A DNA stretch of 64,000 bases from Bacteroidota bacterium (GCA_023458555.1 JAEWYS010000015.1:123011-187010); one strand, 5' to 3'. Positions 49,402-58,778 are shown, numbered from the stretch's first letter. The notes: generated from the sequence alone by a model not told the origin. Program-made: numbers and translations.

Positions 49402-52400
49402 ATGAGAAAAAGAACACGTATCATTTCGATGTTGCTGTTGCTGGGTTTTTCTGCAACAGCACAGCACCAGTATGAGATTAAATTTCGGTCTCATTCGTTT
49501 ACGCCGCCGGAAAGGAAAGCAGAAACTAATCAAAGACAGTCCCGGACTGGTACTGCTCCCGGATATTACCTTGTTCAGTTTGAGGATATTCCTGATAAAA
49601 AGCAAAGAGAACTGCTGACTTTAAAGGGGATTGAGCTGCTGAATTATGTACCGGATATGACTTATGAAGCATATGTCAGCAAACGACTTAGCAGCTCGGA
49701 TCTTGATCTGGCAGGGGTACGAAGTATGGTAAAGGTACCGGCAGAGAGTAAGCTCAGTCTCGAATTGGGTTATGGAAAAATACCTGCTCATGCGCGATCG
49801 GGCAGTACAGCCATTGATGTAGACCTTTTTTTATACAAACCGGAAGATAGAAATCTGGTTGAGGAATCCCTTAAGAATACTAAGGCAAAGGTGATAGGAA
49901 GGGACCAGAAACTTACCGTACGGATAGATAAAGAACATGTCAAAAGGCTTGCTCAAATAGAAGAAGTTCGCTTTATCGATTTCATTCCTGCCCCCTTTAC
50001 CGTATATCTGAACGGAGTGATTTCAGGGCAAAAGGCTTCGGTTCTGCGTTCAGTTTTGGCAGGAGAACGAGGCTTGACCGGAAAAGGTGTGAATATCGGT
50101 GTCGGTGATAATGGTTTTGTTGAGAATCACCTGGATTTTCAGCAGCGATTAACCAATATGTATCAGGATATCAACGAGGGGATGCACCAGGATCATGTGT
50201 CAGGTATTCTTGCCGGCGCCGGTAATATGAATGCCAGATATCAGGGGGTGGCTCCCGGAGCCGTCTTGTATACGGACCGGACTCATGAGATTATCAATAA
50301 CGCCGTTGCTAATCTACAGCAGAAAAACATAGTTATTACAAATAACTCATATGGAGTAATATGTGCGGTAAAGGCAGCCGGCACGTATGACAGCTATTCA
50401 GTGCTATTGGATAATCAGGTGGCAGATGAGGAAGAAATTCTGCACGTAATTGCATCTGGTAATGAGGCTACACTTAATTGTACACCTTCTTATTCAAATG
50501 GATTTGTAAGTGTTTCTTCGGGTATTCAGAGCGCCAAGAATGCGCTTACGGTTGGAAACGTTGATAAAAACAACGTTATACACTCTATGTCGAGCAAAGG
50601 TCCGACTCTTGATGGTCGTATTAAGCCTGAAGTTGTTGGTATAGGAACCGATGTTACTTCTACAATTCCTTACAACAGCTACGTGAATGCATCCGGAACA
50701 AGTATGGCTACCCCAGCGGTTACCGGTACCCTTGCGCTGCTGCATCAGCGCTATAGTCAGCTTCATAACGGCGATAGGGCTTCCGGAGCTTTGCTAAAGG
50801 CGGTTGTATGTAATACTGCTGATGATCTGGGTAATCCGGGACCGGATTTTACTTACGGGTTTGGAAAGATTAATGCCTTAAAGGCCGTCCAGACTCTGGA
50901 AAATCAGACTTATTTCACTGAAGAAGTAGATCATAATGCTCAGAAAACATTTTCAATAAGTGTCCCTTCCGGAGCAAAAGAATTGAAGGCAATGCTATAC
51001 TGGCATGATCCTGCAGGCTCACCCAGCGCATCCAATGCATTGGTAAATAACCTGAATCTTCGTGTAGTCAACAATGGTATACAATACAGTCCCTGGGTGC
51101 TTGATCCGACCAATTTTGCTGTTGATAATCCGGCAGTACGCGGCATAGATTACCTCAATAACATTGAACAGGTTACGATTACCAACCCAACGGCAGGGAC
51201 GACTCAGTTATTGGTAGACGGCTTTATTGTTCCTTCAGGTCCTCAGCGATTCTATCTGGTGTATGAGGTAATTACTTCTGGTATAACACTTACTTATCCT
51301 TATGGAGGAGAAAGTCTTGTGCCGGGAGAAACTATTCCTATTCAATGGGAAGCGGCAGGTAATGGTGATATGACTGCTGAATATAGCTTAGACAATGGTG
51401 CTTCCTGGACAACGATTGCCAATGGAATTAATGCCTCGGACAGAAAATATGACTGGGTTGTTCCCGCCGCTGTTTCCGGGGAAGCAAAAATCCGTGTTAC
51501 TGATGGCGTCTATGCCGGTGAAAGTATCGGTACATTCAGCATTGCAGGTATTCCACAAAATGTCACTCTGATTACTGATTGTGGTCTTACAGGGCAGCTT
51601 TCCTGGGATACATTAGCCGGAGCGGTATCATACAATGTGTATATGCTTTCGCCGGCTGATACGGTCATGCAGATCGTAGCAAATGTCCATACTACTTCAT
51701 ACCAGCTGACAACTTCACAGGTTAGCCCTGATAACTGGTTTGCTGTTCAGGCAGTTTTGGCTGATAGCGGGAAGAGTCTGAGATCTGTTGCCATAAGAAA
51801 TATTACCAGAACTGTCTCTAATCTTCCTTATTCAGAATCTTTTGACTTGGGTACGGGAAGCTGGATTGTCAATGGGTACAACTCGTCATGGCAACACGGC
51901 GCTCCGGCCGGAACTATAATTACTGGTACATCTGAAGCCTGGGTAACAAATCTGACGGGCGATCACAATCCTAATGAATTATCCTATATTGAATCGGGGT
52001 GTTTTGATGTTTCCGAAGTTACAGAACCGGTATATTTTTCCTTTCAGCAATATCTGGCGTTGGGAAGTTCCGATCAGGCGGCTTTTGTAGATTACACTAA
52101 TGATGGTGGAATCACCTGGCAGCGTTTGGGGGATAATACATCAGGAATATCCAACTGGTATACGGCCAATCACCCGGTGGTTGGTTATGCATGGACAAAC
52201 CAGAATGCTGCCTGGAGACCTGTTGTACACAGAATTGAAACTTCTCAGTTTGGTGCTGATAAGGTACTAAAGTTCCGGATCGGATTTTATTCCGGTTCTG
52301 CTGCCGGAATAAGTGAAGGCATTGGTGTTGACGACTTCAGGCTGGATATAACGGATCCTTCTGTTCCTGTGATCTGCTCTTCCGGATCAACCTTTCAATA

Positions 52401-54438
52401 TATGTATGCTGAAAACAGTTACAGCCACTTTACGGATATAGCTCATACTTCTGATGGAGGATATATAGCTACTGGCACTGCAAGGCCATATGAGCCTGTT
52501 TATGTTAACTCCGGCATTGTAGTGACAAAGTTTGATCAGGAAGGGCAAATCGACTGGGCACAGACGTTTTCAAGGGGCATCGGCTTTTTTGCTTCTTTCG
52601 GGGACAAGGTATTGCCAGTTTCCGATGGGTATGTTGTTTCCGCGTTGTGGCAGTTACAGCCTATGGGTATTCCTTCCGGTTCAATTATCAAATTCGGCTT
52701 GTCCGGAGATGTATTATGGTCATATAATATCAATCATCCGACCAATAAGATGCTGGGGGCAACCATAACAGGAATGCTGGAAGATACGGATAAAGGAATT
52801 GTGGTAACCGGCCAGTCAGGGAATTCTGGAGATACGGATATTTTTGCCGCTAAATTTGATAGGTCTGGCAAGCTGCTATGGATAGAATTCTATGCATTGG
52901 ATGGTGTATCAGAGGAACCTTCCGCAATATTGCCGATGGGAAATGACCGTTATGCAATTGTAGGGCGTAAAAATCTTCAGGCAGATGAATTGGTTCTGCT
53001 TATTGTGGGACGCGGAGGTGAATTGCTGGAATATACCAGAACTCCGACATCTATGAATACTTCTCTGAATACAATGGAAAGAAATCACGGAGCCGTACTG
53101 ACCTCAGATGGCTATATTGCCGGGTTTAACCATGCGTACATATATAAAATGGATCTGGAGGGCAACATAGTATGGCTGAAAAATGCAGGTAATATCATTA
53201 CCTTAAGAGAGCTTTCCGAAACTTCAGATGGATACCTGATAGCAGGAGGGGTGGTTCAGCAATCTGAACCAATACATCAGGATATGATTGCTCTTAAGGT
53301 GGACATGAATGGCAATCTTGTTAAGGCGGTAAGCATCGGTAGTGAAGAATCGGATGAAGAAGTGCGGGGTCTGGCTGCAGATTGTTCAGGTATTGTACTT
53401 GCCGGACGTAAAAGTGAAAATTCTTTTGTTGTGAGAACAGACAATGCCCTCTGGGGTGGCTGTGATGAAAAAACGGAAGTGCCCGTTTTGACGAATACGC
53501 TGTATGATTCTCCAATATCTGTCAGCTCATCAGCCTATAGAATTGTTGTTATATATTCCGGGAGTTACAACGGCGTTTTGGCTTCTGATGTAATGACAAG
53601 TAGCTGTACTCCGCAGGATACGACTGTGGTAGAAGAATCGGTTGAAATAAGTGGTATACAGGTCATTTGTAAGCAAAGCTCTTCTGAAAACCATCACACT
53701 CAGACCTATTCAGTGGTGAATCCCAAAGTTGGTGCCACGTATACATGGTCGGTCAGTACAGGCAGCATACAAAGCGGGCAGGGAACAGCCAATGCAACGA
53801 TCTTGTTTCCGTCCGGTACTGGTGTGGTAACTATTGAAGTTACAGAAAGCTATGCAGGAAATTTACTGTCGGGTGAGCGCGAGGTTTCCATGAATATCCG
53901 GCCATCTTCACCTGGGAGCATTACCGGTCCCGGAGGCTATGGAGCAGTATGCTTTAATCAACAGGGAGTAATGTATCAGGTTAGTGGCTCTTCTCCCGGT
54001 TATTTGTGGCAATTACCTTCCGGTTCGGTGATAGCTTCAGGAGAAGGAACCAATACCGTTACCGTGGATTTTGGTACACAACCGGGTAATATTACAGTTT
54101 TTGCACAGAATGGGGAAGGATGCAACAGCTATTCCGGATCGAATATCTGGGTTGGACCAATAGCATGCGGTGGCAGAATTACTGCTTTGTCAGAAATAGA
54201 AGAGCTGGGTTTTGCAGTATGGCCACAGCCGGCAAGTTCGTCAATCAGGGTTCAGGCTTCTGCTCCGATTGTGAATGCCAGGTTAATGACAGCCGGCGGA
54301 AGCACATTGCTGGATCTGCGTGGTAATAATGCTATGGAGATCAGCCTGAATGTGTCCTATCTTTCTGAAGGTATGTATATACTTCAGGTGCAGACGGAAG
54401 ATGCCATTTATACGAGACAGATAATCATATCTCAATAG
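49402..54438 (+). CDS. 1678-aa multidomain S8 (subtilisin-family) serine peptidase with T9SS C-terminal sorting domain
   Basis: Signal peptide (…FSATAQ) and propeptide-like YLVQFEDIP... Catalytic triad contexts VGDNG (Asp), HQDHVSGILAG (His), NNSYG (oxyanion Asn) and SGTSMATPAVTG (Ser). Downstream come Ig/FN3-like regions, about 7 propeller-like repeats and two PKD-like modules. The terminal ...WPQPASSSIRVQ...GMYILQVQTEDAIYTRQIIISQ is typical of a Por/T9SS CTD. Confidence 0.92.
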   Translation: MRKRTRIISMLLLLGFSATAQHQYEIKFRSHSFTPPERKAETNQRQSRTGTAPGYYLVQFEDIPDKKQRELLTLKGIELLNYVPDMTYEAYVSKRLSSSDLDLAGVRSMVKVPAESKLSLELGYGKIPAHARSGSTAIDVDLFLYKPEDRNLVEESLKNTKAKVIGRDQKLTVRIDKEHVKRLAQIEEVRFIDFIPAPFTVYLNGVISGQKASVLRSVLAGERGLTGKGVNIGVGDNGFVENHLDFQQRLTNMYQDINEGMHQDHVSGILAGAGNMNARYQGVAPGAVLYTDRTHEIINNAVANLQQKNIVITNNSYGVICAVKAAGTYDSYSVLLDNQVADEEEILHVIASGNEATLNCTPSYSNGFVSVSSGIQSAKNALTVGNVDKNNVIHSMSSKGPTLDGRIKPEVVGIGTDVTSTIPYNSYVNASGTSMATPAVTGTLALLHQRYSQLHNGDRASGALLKAVVCNTADDLGNPGPDFTYGFGKINALKAVQTLENQTYFTEEVDHNAQKTFSISVPSGAKELKAMLYWHDPAGSPSASNALVNNLNLRVVNNGIQYSPWVLDPTNFAVDNPAVRGIDYLNNIEQVTITNPTAGTTQLLVDGFIVPSGPQRFYLVYEVITSGITLTYPYGGESLVPGETIPIQWEAAGNGDMTAEYSLDNGASWTTIANGINASDRKYDWVVPAAVSGEAKIRVTDGVYAGESIGTFSIAGIPQNVTLITDCGLTGQLSWDTLAGAVSYNVYMLSPADTVMQIVANVHTTSYQLTTSQVSPDNWFAVQAVLADSGKSLRSVAIRNITRTVSNLPYSESFDLGTGSWIVNGYNSSWQHGAPAGTIITGTSEAWVTNLTGDHNPNELSYIESGCFDVSEVTEPVYFSFQQYLALGSSDQAAFVDYTNDGGITWQRLGDNTSGISNWYTANHPVVGYAWTNQNAAWRPVVHRIETSQFGADKVLKFRIGFYSGSAAGISEGIGVDDFRLDITDPSVPVICSSGSTFQYMYAENSYSHFTDIAHTSDGGYIATGTARPYEPVYVNSGIVVTKFDQEGQIDWAQTFSRGIGFFASFGDKVLPVSDGYVVSALWQLQPMGIPSGSIIKFGLSGDVLWSYNINHPTNKMLGATITGMLEDTDKGIVVTGQSGNSGDTDIFAAKFDRSGKLLWIEFYALDGVSEEPSAILPMGNDRYAIVGRKNLQADELVLLIVGRGGELLEYTRTPTSMNTSLNTMERNHGAVLTSDGYIAGFNHAYIYKMDLEGNIVWLKNAGNIITLRELSETSDGYLIAGGVVQQSEPIHQDMIALKVDMNGNLVKAVSIGSEESDEEVRGLAADCSGIVLAGRKSENSFVVRTDNALWGGCDEKTEVPVLTNTLYDSPISVSSSAYRIVVIYSGSYNGVLASDVMTSSCTPQDTTVVEESVEISGIQVICKQSSSENHHTQTYSVVNPKVGATYTWSVSTGSIQSGQGTANATILFPSGTGVVTIEVTESYAGNLLSGEREVSMNIRPSSPGSITGPGGYGAVCFNQQGVMYQVSGSSPGYLWQLPSGSVIASGEGTNTVTVDFGTQPGNITVFAQNGEGCNSYSGSNIWVGPIACGGRITALSEIEELGFAVWPQPASSSIRVQASAPIVNARLMTAGGSTLLDLRGNNAMEISLNVSYLSEGMYILQVQTEDAIYTRQIIISQ

Positions 54439-54469
54439 TATTGCTTTACTACTGATTGTGCTTTATTCT

Positions 54470-54503
54470 CAGGAGGCAGGTTTACCCTGCTTCCTGTTTT
54501 TTT
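54470..54503 (+). terminator. rho-independent terminator of the S8 peptidase gene
   Basis: caggaggcagg-tttac-cctgcttcctg (one G-U), followed by TTTTTTT. Confidence 0.7.
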
Positions 54504-54555
54504 ATCAGTAATATTTCAAAAGATATCCGGCAATCGGCAGGGAAATTGTCAAACG

Positions 54556-54580
54556 AAAAAGGCTGCCCTTGCGGACAGCC
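54556..54580 (-). terminator. rho-independent terminator of the SOD gene
   Basis: On the minus strand: gggctgtcc-gcaa-gggcagcc, followed by TTTTT. It lies 11 nt downstream of the stop at 54591. Confidence 0.6.
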
Positions 54581-54590
54581 CTGTCGGATT

Positions 54591-55265
54591 TTATTTTTTA
54601 CTTTTCGCTTTATCGAATCGTTGAGAAACCTCATTCCAGTTTACGATATTCCAGAATGCATTGATGTAATCAGGTCGCTTATTCTGATATTTCAGGTAAT
54701 AAGCATGTTCCCAGACATCCAGGCCTAATACTGGCGTACCTTTTACAGGTGCCAGATCCATCAGGGGATTATCCTGATTTGCAGAGGTGGTGATCTGAAG
54801 CTTGCCCTCATTTGTTACAACAAGCCATGCCCAGCCGGAGCCAAACCGTGTTTTGGCAGAGTCGCTAAACTGGGTTTTAAAATTGTCGAAAGAGCCGAAG
54901 GATTTGTTTATGGCATCAGCCAGTTTTCCCTGAGGCTGTCCACCGCCATTGGGGGTAAGTATGGTCCAGAAAAGCGTATGATTATAATGTCCGCCGGCAT
55001 TGTTTCTGACTGCAGGACCATAGGTGCCGGCATTTTTCAGCAGATCATCAAGGGATTTATCCTTTAGCTTGGGATCTGTTTCGATTGCTTTGTTGAGGTT
55101 GGTTACATAGCCTGCATGATGCTTGGAATGATGTATTTCCATTGTCTGGGCATCAAAGTTCGGTTCAAGAGCATTGTAATCGTAGGGAAGGGCAGGCAGT
55201 GTAAATTGGGCAAAGGCGCCGTTTAATGTAAAAATGGCACCGGCTAATAAAAATAACTTTTTCAT
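54591..55265 (-). CDS. Fe/Mn-family superoxide dismutase with N-terminal signal peptide
   Basis: [20 protein letters not shown] precedes the canonical [13 protein letters not shown]...HHSKHH...DVWEHAYY motifs. Confidence 0.93.
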   Translation of the reverse strand: MKKLFLLAGAIFTLNGAFAQFTLPALPYDYNALEPNFDAQTMEIHHSKHHAGYVTNLNKAIETDPKLKDKSLDDLLKNAGTYGPAVRNNAGGHYNHTLFWTILTPNGGGQPQGKLADAINKSFGSFDNFKTQFSDSAKTRFGSGWAWLVVTNEGKLQITTSANQDNPLMDLAPVKGTPVLGLDVWEHAYYLKYQNKRPDYINAFWNIVNWNEVSQRFDKAKSKK

Positions 55266-55431
55266 ACTGATAATAAATTTTTAAATATATCGGATATTAC
55301 CGGATAATCTTTCTGGTGGAAATACTATCCAATGATAATAAAATAGCGGCAAATACCGGTCCGTAATTTGCGAATTGTTGGTCACACAAGGAATTTTTCT
55401 GTGAGAGCGGGTAACTCCTGTATACTCTGGA

Positions 55432-56181
55432 TTATATTCTTTCGATCGATTCTGCCGGAATCCAGCCAATATGGCCGTTGGGTAATTTGATTTTACTATA
55501 CGGACCAGTATGCTGCAGCAATTCAACTTTCAGGCCTTCATGTATAACAAACAGCTTATTGCCTGCATCTCCCGGGGCGCTTGTAACTGTAATACTCGGA
55601 TCAAATACAATCCCGTAATTCCGGTCATACAGTTCTTTCCGGCTTTGCCAGGCCATAAAAAACATAATAAATGAGAGAAACAGGCAGATGGCTGACATCC
55701 CCATAAACAAACGCTTTGAGGCTGCCTGGCGGAGATAGATAAAAAGAAAAAGAGTTAGGAGAAAAAGAAAGAAAAAAGCAATACTCAGAATAGCCCACGA
55801 ATCAACGGCCAATTGCCGGAGAAAATTTTCCCAGAACTGGCCCTGGTTGAGTGCTTCGACTTCGTCCGCGATCTTTGAGTTAGCCAGTTCCAGATTAAAC
55901 AGCAAATCTTCATCATGCGGATTAAGTCGTTTGGCTCTTTCATAATAAAGGATGGCGGATGGGATATTATTCAGCTTGAAATAGGTATTCCCGATATTAT
56001 AATAGAGCTCGAATGAATGATAACCTTTATCATCAAGTGCTCTGAAATGTTCAAGCGCCGCCGGAAAATTTCCTTCGGCATAGGCATGCCTTCCCGATTC
56101 GATCAGTGACTGGTCGGAAACCTGTGCAGCTGTATACAGACCCGAAAAACAAAAACCAATGATGAATAATAACGTTCTCAT
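55432..56181 (-). CDS. batE: BatE-like protein (TPR - TM - SH3b)
   Basis: Last gene of the Bat-type operon. Signal peptide, TPR (LYYNIGNTYFKLNN, ILYYERAKRLNP), two TM segments, and C-terminal SH3b-like ...YSKIKLPNGHIGWIPAESIERI. Confidence 0.72.
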   Translation of the reverse strand: MRTLLFIIGFCFSGLYTAAQVSDQSLIESGRHAYAEGNFPAALEHFRALDDKGYHSFELYYNIGNTYFKLNNIPSAILYYERAKRLNPHDEDLLFNLELANSKIADEVEALNQGQFWENFLRQLAVDSWAILSIAFFFLFLLTLFLFIYLRQAASKRLFMGMSAICLFLSFIMFFMAWQSRKELYDRNYGIVFDPSITVTSAPGDAGNKLFVIHEGLKVELLQHTGPYSKIKLPNGHIGWIPAESIERI

Positions 56182-56182
56182 A

Positions 56183-57994
56183 TTATGATTTTATTTCTTC
56201 TTCCAGTGTGCTTATGATTTTAATCCCGGCTTCGTGTTCTTCGGACAAAGGCGTATCTCTGCCAATCGGAGCATATTGTGCCATTTCACATTTTTCCATT
56301 AGCTGTATGAGTTGCGCAATAGTGTCATCACTAACCTTTTGCTCAGACAGGGCTTTTCTTATTTTATCCTTGGACAAGTCAGCAGTTTTAAGGTTTAGCT
56401 TGTCTTCCAGATACGTCCATAATGCTTTGAGCAGCTCCTGATAATAGATGGTTCTTTGATTTTCATGAAGCGCTTTTTCGGCCACTTTAAGCCTTTTTCT
56501 GGCCTGAGTTCCTGCTTTGCGTTTCTTGCTTCCGATACGATCAAGCGATTGCTTTCGTTTTTTCCTGGTAAAAATAAAAAGAGCAGCAAAACCAATTATT
56601 CCTGTTAAATAGCTGATATAGAAAGAAGTGCTTCCAAACCATATTTTCTGCTTTGTGCTTAATGAATAGTCATTTGTCTTTATATACCGGATGTCATTTC
56701 CTATGACTTTGATATCAGACCGGTTGCCAGAATAATCGATGCCACCGGCAGTTGCGGACTGAGCGCCTTTTTGTACGGTGATTTCATAGGATTCACTGCG
56801 CAGTTTTTCAAGCTTTCCGGTTGTCGGATTGAAACAATTAAGTTCGATAGAAGGGATGGTATAATTACCCGCATGACGGGGGATGAGGATATATTCAACG
56901 GTTTTGCTGCCGGAAACTCCATTGCCTGTAACCTTTATATTCTGGGTTACTTCCGGATCAAAAACTTCAAAATCTACCGGAAAACTTATGCGGAACGGAT
57001 TACCGGTCTTCAGATTACCCTTACCGGTGAGCTTTAGTTTCAATGAGACGGATTCATTGGCATTAACCTCTGTTTTACTGATTTCTGACTGTAGTTTCAG
57101 ACTGCCAACAATATCTGTTTCTGCCGGTATGTTTTTTACCGAGATTTTTACAGGAGGGCTTTTCAGTGTTTTGTTAACCCGCTGATAGCTGGTATGCTCG
57201 AAGAAATCATCAAAAAACGGATCGTTAAAGAAGTTACGTCCCCGTTGTTTCTGGCGTACCTCCTGAATGGCTACCACTTCCAGGTCAATAGGATCAATTG
57301 TAACGCTTCCGGACTTTTGTGGTATCAGCACAAATTCAGACAAGACTCCGACATTGTACAACTGTCCGTCGACATTTTCTTTTTCCCAGTTAACCACGTT
57401 GTCTTTGCGTTCTATATTTTCGCGCCAGAAACCGTCAAACTGGGGAATTTTGACATCGCTTAACTGTTGCAACTGGACTCTGGTATAAAGTTTTACCGTA
57501 GCGACTAGTGCTTCTCCTTTGTAAACTGATTTTTTGTCAACGGAAATACGGACAAAAAGATCCTTATCTGAAATCCCCGGAGCATTTTCCTGCCGGTCAT
57601 TGCCGGAAGCAGAGGCATTGCCTGCAACTACTTCGATGGTTACAGGATTGGATGTATAGTGCTTTCCGTCAACTGTAATGCTGGCAGGCGCGATGGTAAA
57701 CTTCCCGGCCTTTTTTGATTCGAGAACATAGGAGTACCGAATGGATACTGATTGCTGCATCCGGCCATTGATGATGCTGATCGAGCTGCTTGTACTTTTG
57801 GAGGGACCGTTGAGTACGGAGAATTCACTCATATCCGCTCCTTTAAAGTCTTTCCCTTCTTTGTTTACCTCATAGGTCAGATAAAACCGCTCATTCGTTC
57901 GTACTGATTTGGGAGCCTGACCGGAAAACACAACATCCTGACCATACAGCATTGCGGTCGTCAGCAGGAAAAATATAGACAGAAGATGCTTCAT
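56183..57994 (-). CDS. batD: BatD-like oxygen-tolerance protein
   Basis: The start is taken at ATG 57994 (MKHLLSIFFLLTTAMLYGQ signal peptide) rather than ORF-track 58105, which would overlap batC. Large extracytoplasmic Ig-like region, one TM (…FYISYLTGIIGFAALFIF), and a basic cytoplasmic tail. Confidence 0.78.
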   Translation of the reverse strand: MKHLLSIFFLLTTAMLYGQDVVFSGQAPKSVRTNERFYLTYEVNKEGKDFKGADMSEFSVLNGPSKSTSSSISIINGRMQQSVSIRYSYVLESKKAGKFTIAPASITVDGKHYTSNPVTIEVVAGNASASGNDRQENAPGISDKDLFVRISVDKKSVYKGEALVATVKLYTRVQLQQLSDVKIPQFDGFWRENIERKDNVVNWEKENVDGQLYNVGVLSEFVLIPQKSGSVTIDPIDLEVVAIQEVRQKQRGRNFFNDPFFDDFFEHTSYQRVNKTLKSPPVKISVKNIPAETDIVGSLKLQSEISKTEVNANESVSLKLKLTGKGNLKTGNPFRISFPVDFEVFDPEVTQNIKVTGNGVSGSKTVEYILIPRHAGNYTIPSIELNCFNPTTGKLEKLRSESYEITVQKGAQSATAGGIDYSGNRSDIKVIGNDIRYIKTNDYSLSTKQKIWFGSTSFYISYLTGIIGFAALFIFTRKKRKQSLDRIGSKKRKAGTQARKRLKVAEKALHENQRTIYYQELLKALWTYLEDKLNLKTADLSKDKIRKALSEQKVSDDTIAQLIQLMEKCEMAQYAPIGRDTPLSEEHEAGIKIISTLEEEIKS

Positions 57995-57995
57995 A

Positions 57996-58778
57996 TTACC
58001 AGTTTTTTTCGATGTGTTTGGGTTCTGATTTTTCTTCCTTAAGGCGAATATTTTTTCTGAGCTGTTCTTCATCCTGTTCAAGTGCATTAAGTAATCGTTC
58101 CGCATCCTCGCGACTCATTGAACCTTTACCTGGATTGGGCTGCTGCTGGTTTTGTTCTTTTCCAGGATCGCTTTTGTCCTTTTGTCCGTTCTGCTCATCT
58201 GACTGTTTCTGCTCCTGTTCCTTACTGTCTTTTTGCTGCTCATTCTCCTGCTTCTGGCCATCTTTTGACTTGTCGTCGTTTTGATTTTGCTTGTTATCGT
58301 CCTTGTTTTCCTTATTATCTTTATTCTGTTTATACTGCTGGTTTTGCTGATCTTCCAGCATTTTTCGGGCATAAGCCAGATTGTATCTGGTATCGTCATC
58401 CTGAGGGTTTTTTCTCAGAGCCTGCTTATAGGCATCGATACTTTGCTTGTAATTTTTCTGTTGCAGATAGGTATTGCCCAAGTTGTGCCATGCCATAGCT
58501 TCCTGTGCCGTTTCTCTGGCGAGGTTGGCGGCCAGCTGAAACTGGCTGGCGGCTTTTTCAAGGCTGTCCTGTTTGTACCATGCATTGCCCTGATTGAACG
58601 CAGCCTCAAAAGATCCGTGATTCAGGTCACTTGCAAGACTATATTCGCTGACTGCTTCCGGATATAATCCTTTATCATATAGTTCATTTCCTTTTTTCAA
58701 ATGACTGTATTCATCCTGTGCATAACCGTGATACACCAGTCCCGATAATGTCGCTATTATGATCAAAATCTTTTTCAT
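57996..58778 (-). CDS. batC: BatC-like TPR protein with Q/N/K/D/E-rich low-complexity segment
   Basis: Signal peptide, TPR repeats (AAFNQGNAWYKQ, AWHNLGNTYLQQ, TRYNLAYA), then aa 142-218 composed almost only of Q, N, K, D, E. Confidence 0.75.
   Translation of the reverse strand: MKKILIIIATLSGLVYHGYAQDEYSHLKKGNELYDKGLYPEAVSEYSLASDLNHGSFEAAFNQGNAWYKQDSLEKAASQFQLAANLARETAQEAMAWHNLGNTYLQQKNYKQSIDAYKQALRKNPQDDDTRYNLAYARKMLEDQQNQQYKQNKDNKENKDDNKQNQNDDKSKDGQKQENEQQKDSKEQEQKQSDEQNGQKDKSDPGKEQNQQQPNPGKGSMSREDAERLLNALEQDEEQLRKNIRLKEEKSEPKHIEKNW

Noticed and set aside
50494-53515. Short ORFs within or antisense to the S8 peptidase gene (50494..50766, 50940..51146, 52532..52768, 52536..52733 and 53321..53515).
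   Set aside because: They are embedded in a 5-kb uninterrupted ORF with clear catalytic and sorting motifs. There is no independent evidence for them.
55281-55526. 81-aa ORF between sod and batE, and the 90-aa ORF 54456..54728.
   Set aside because: Both overlap well-supported genes (the batE 3' end and the sod 3' end, respectively) in other frames or on the other strand. Neither has motifs. The non-overlapping parts contain the terminators.
57995-58105. The ORF-track N-terminal extension of BatD (MRNDYLMHLNRMKNSSEKIF...), and likewise the MoxR extension 63639..63701.
   Set aside because: The BatD extension overlaps the 3' end of batC. A signal peptide begins exactly at the internal Met (MKHLLSIFFLL, ATG 57994, 1 nt from the batC stop). 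For MoxR, the conserved N-terminus begins at MNATETG (63638). The extensions are probably not translated.
58012-58667. A cluster of four ORFs of 90-128 aa on both strands (58012..58284, 58118..58498, 58281..58667 and 58115..58399).
   Set aside because: They are artefacts of the stop-poor, purine-rich DNA encoding the Q/N/K/D/E low-complexity segment and TPR part of batC. Their translations are Cys/Phe/Leu/Ser-rich nonsense.
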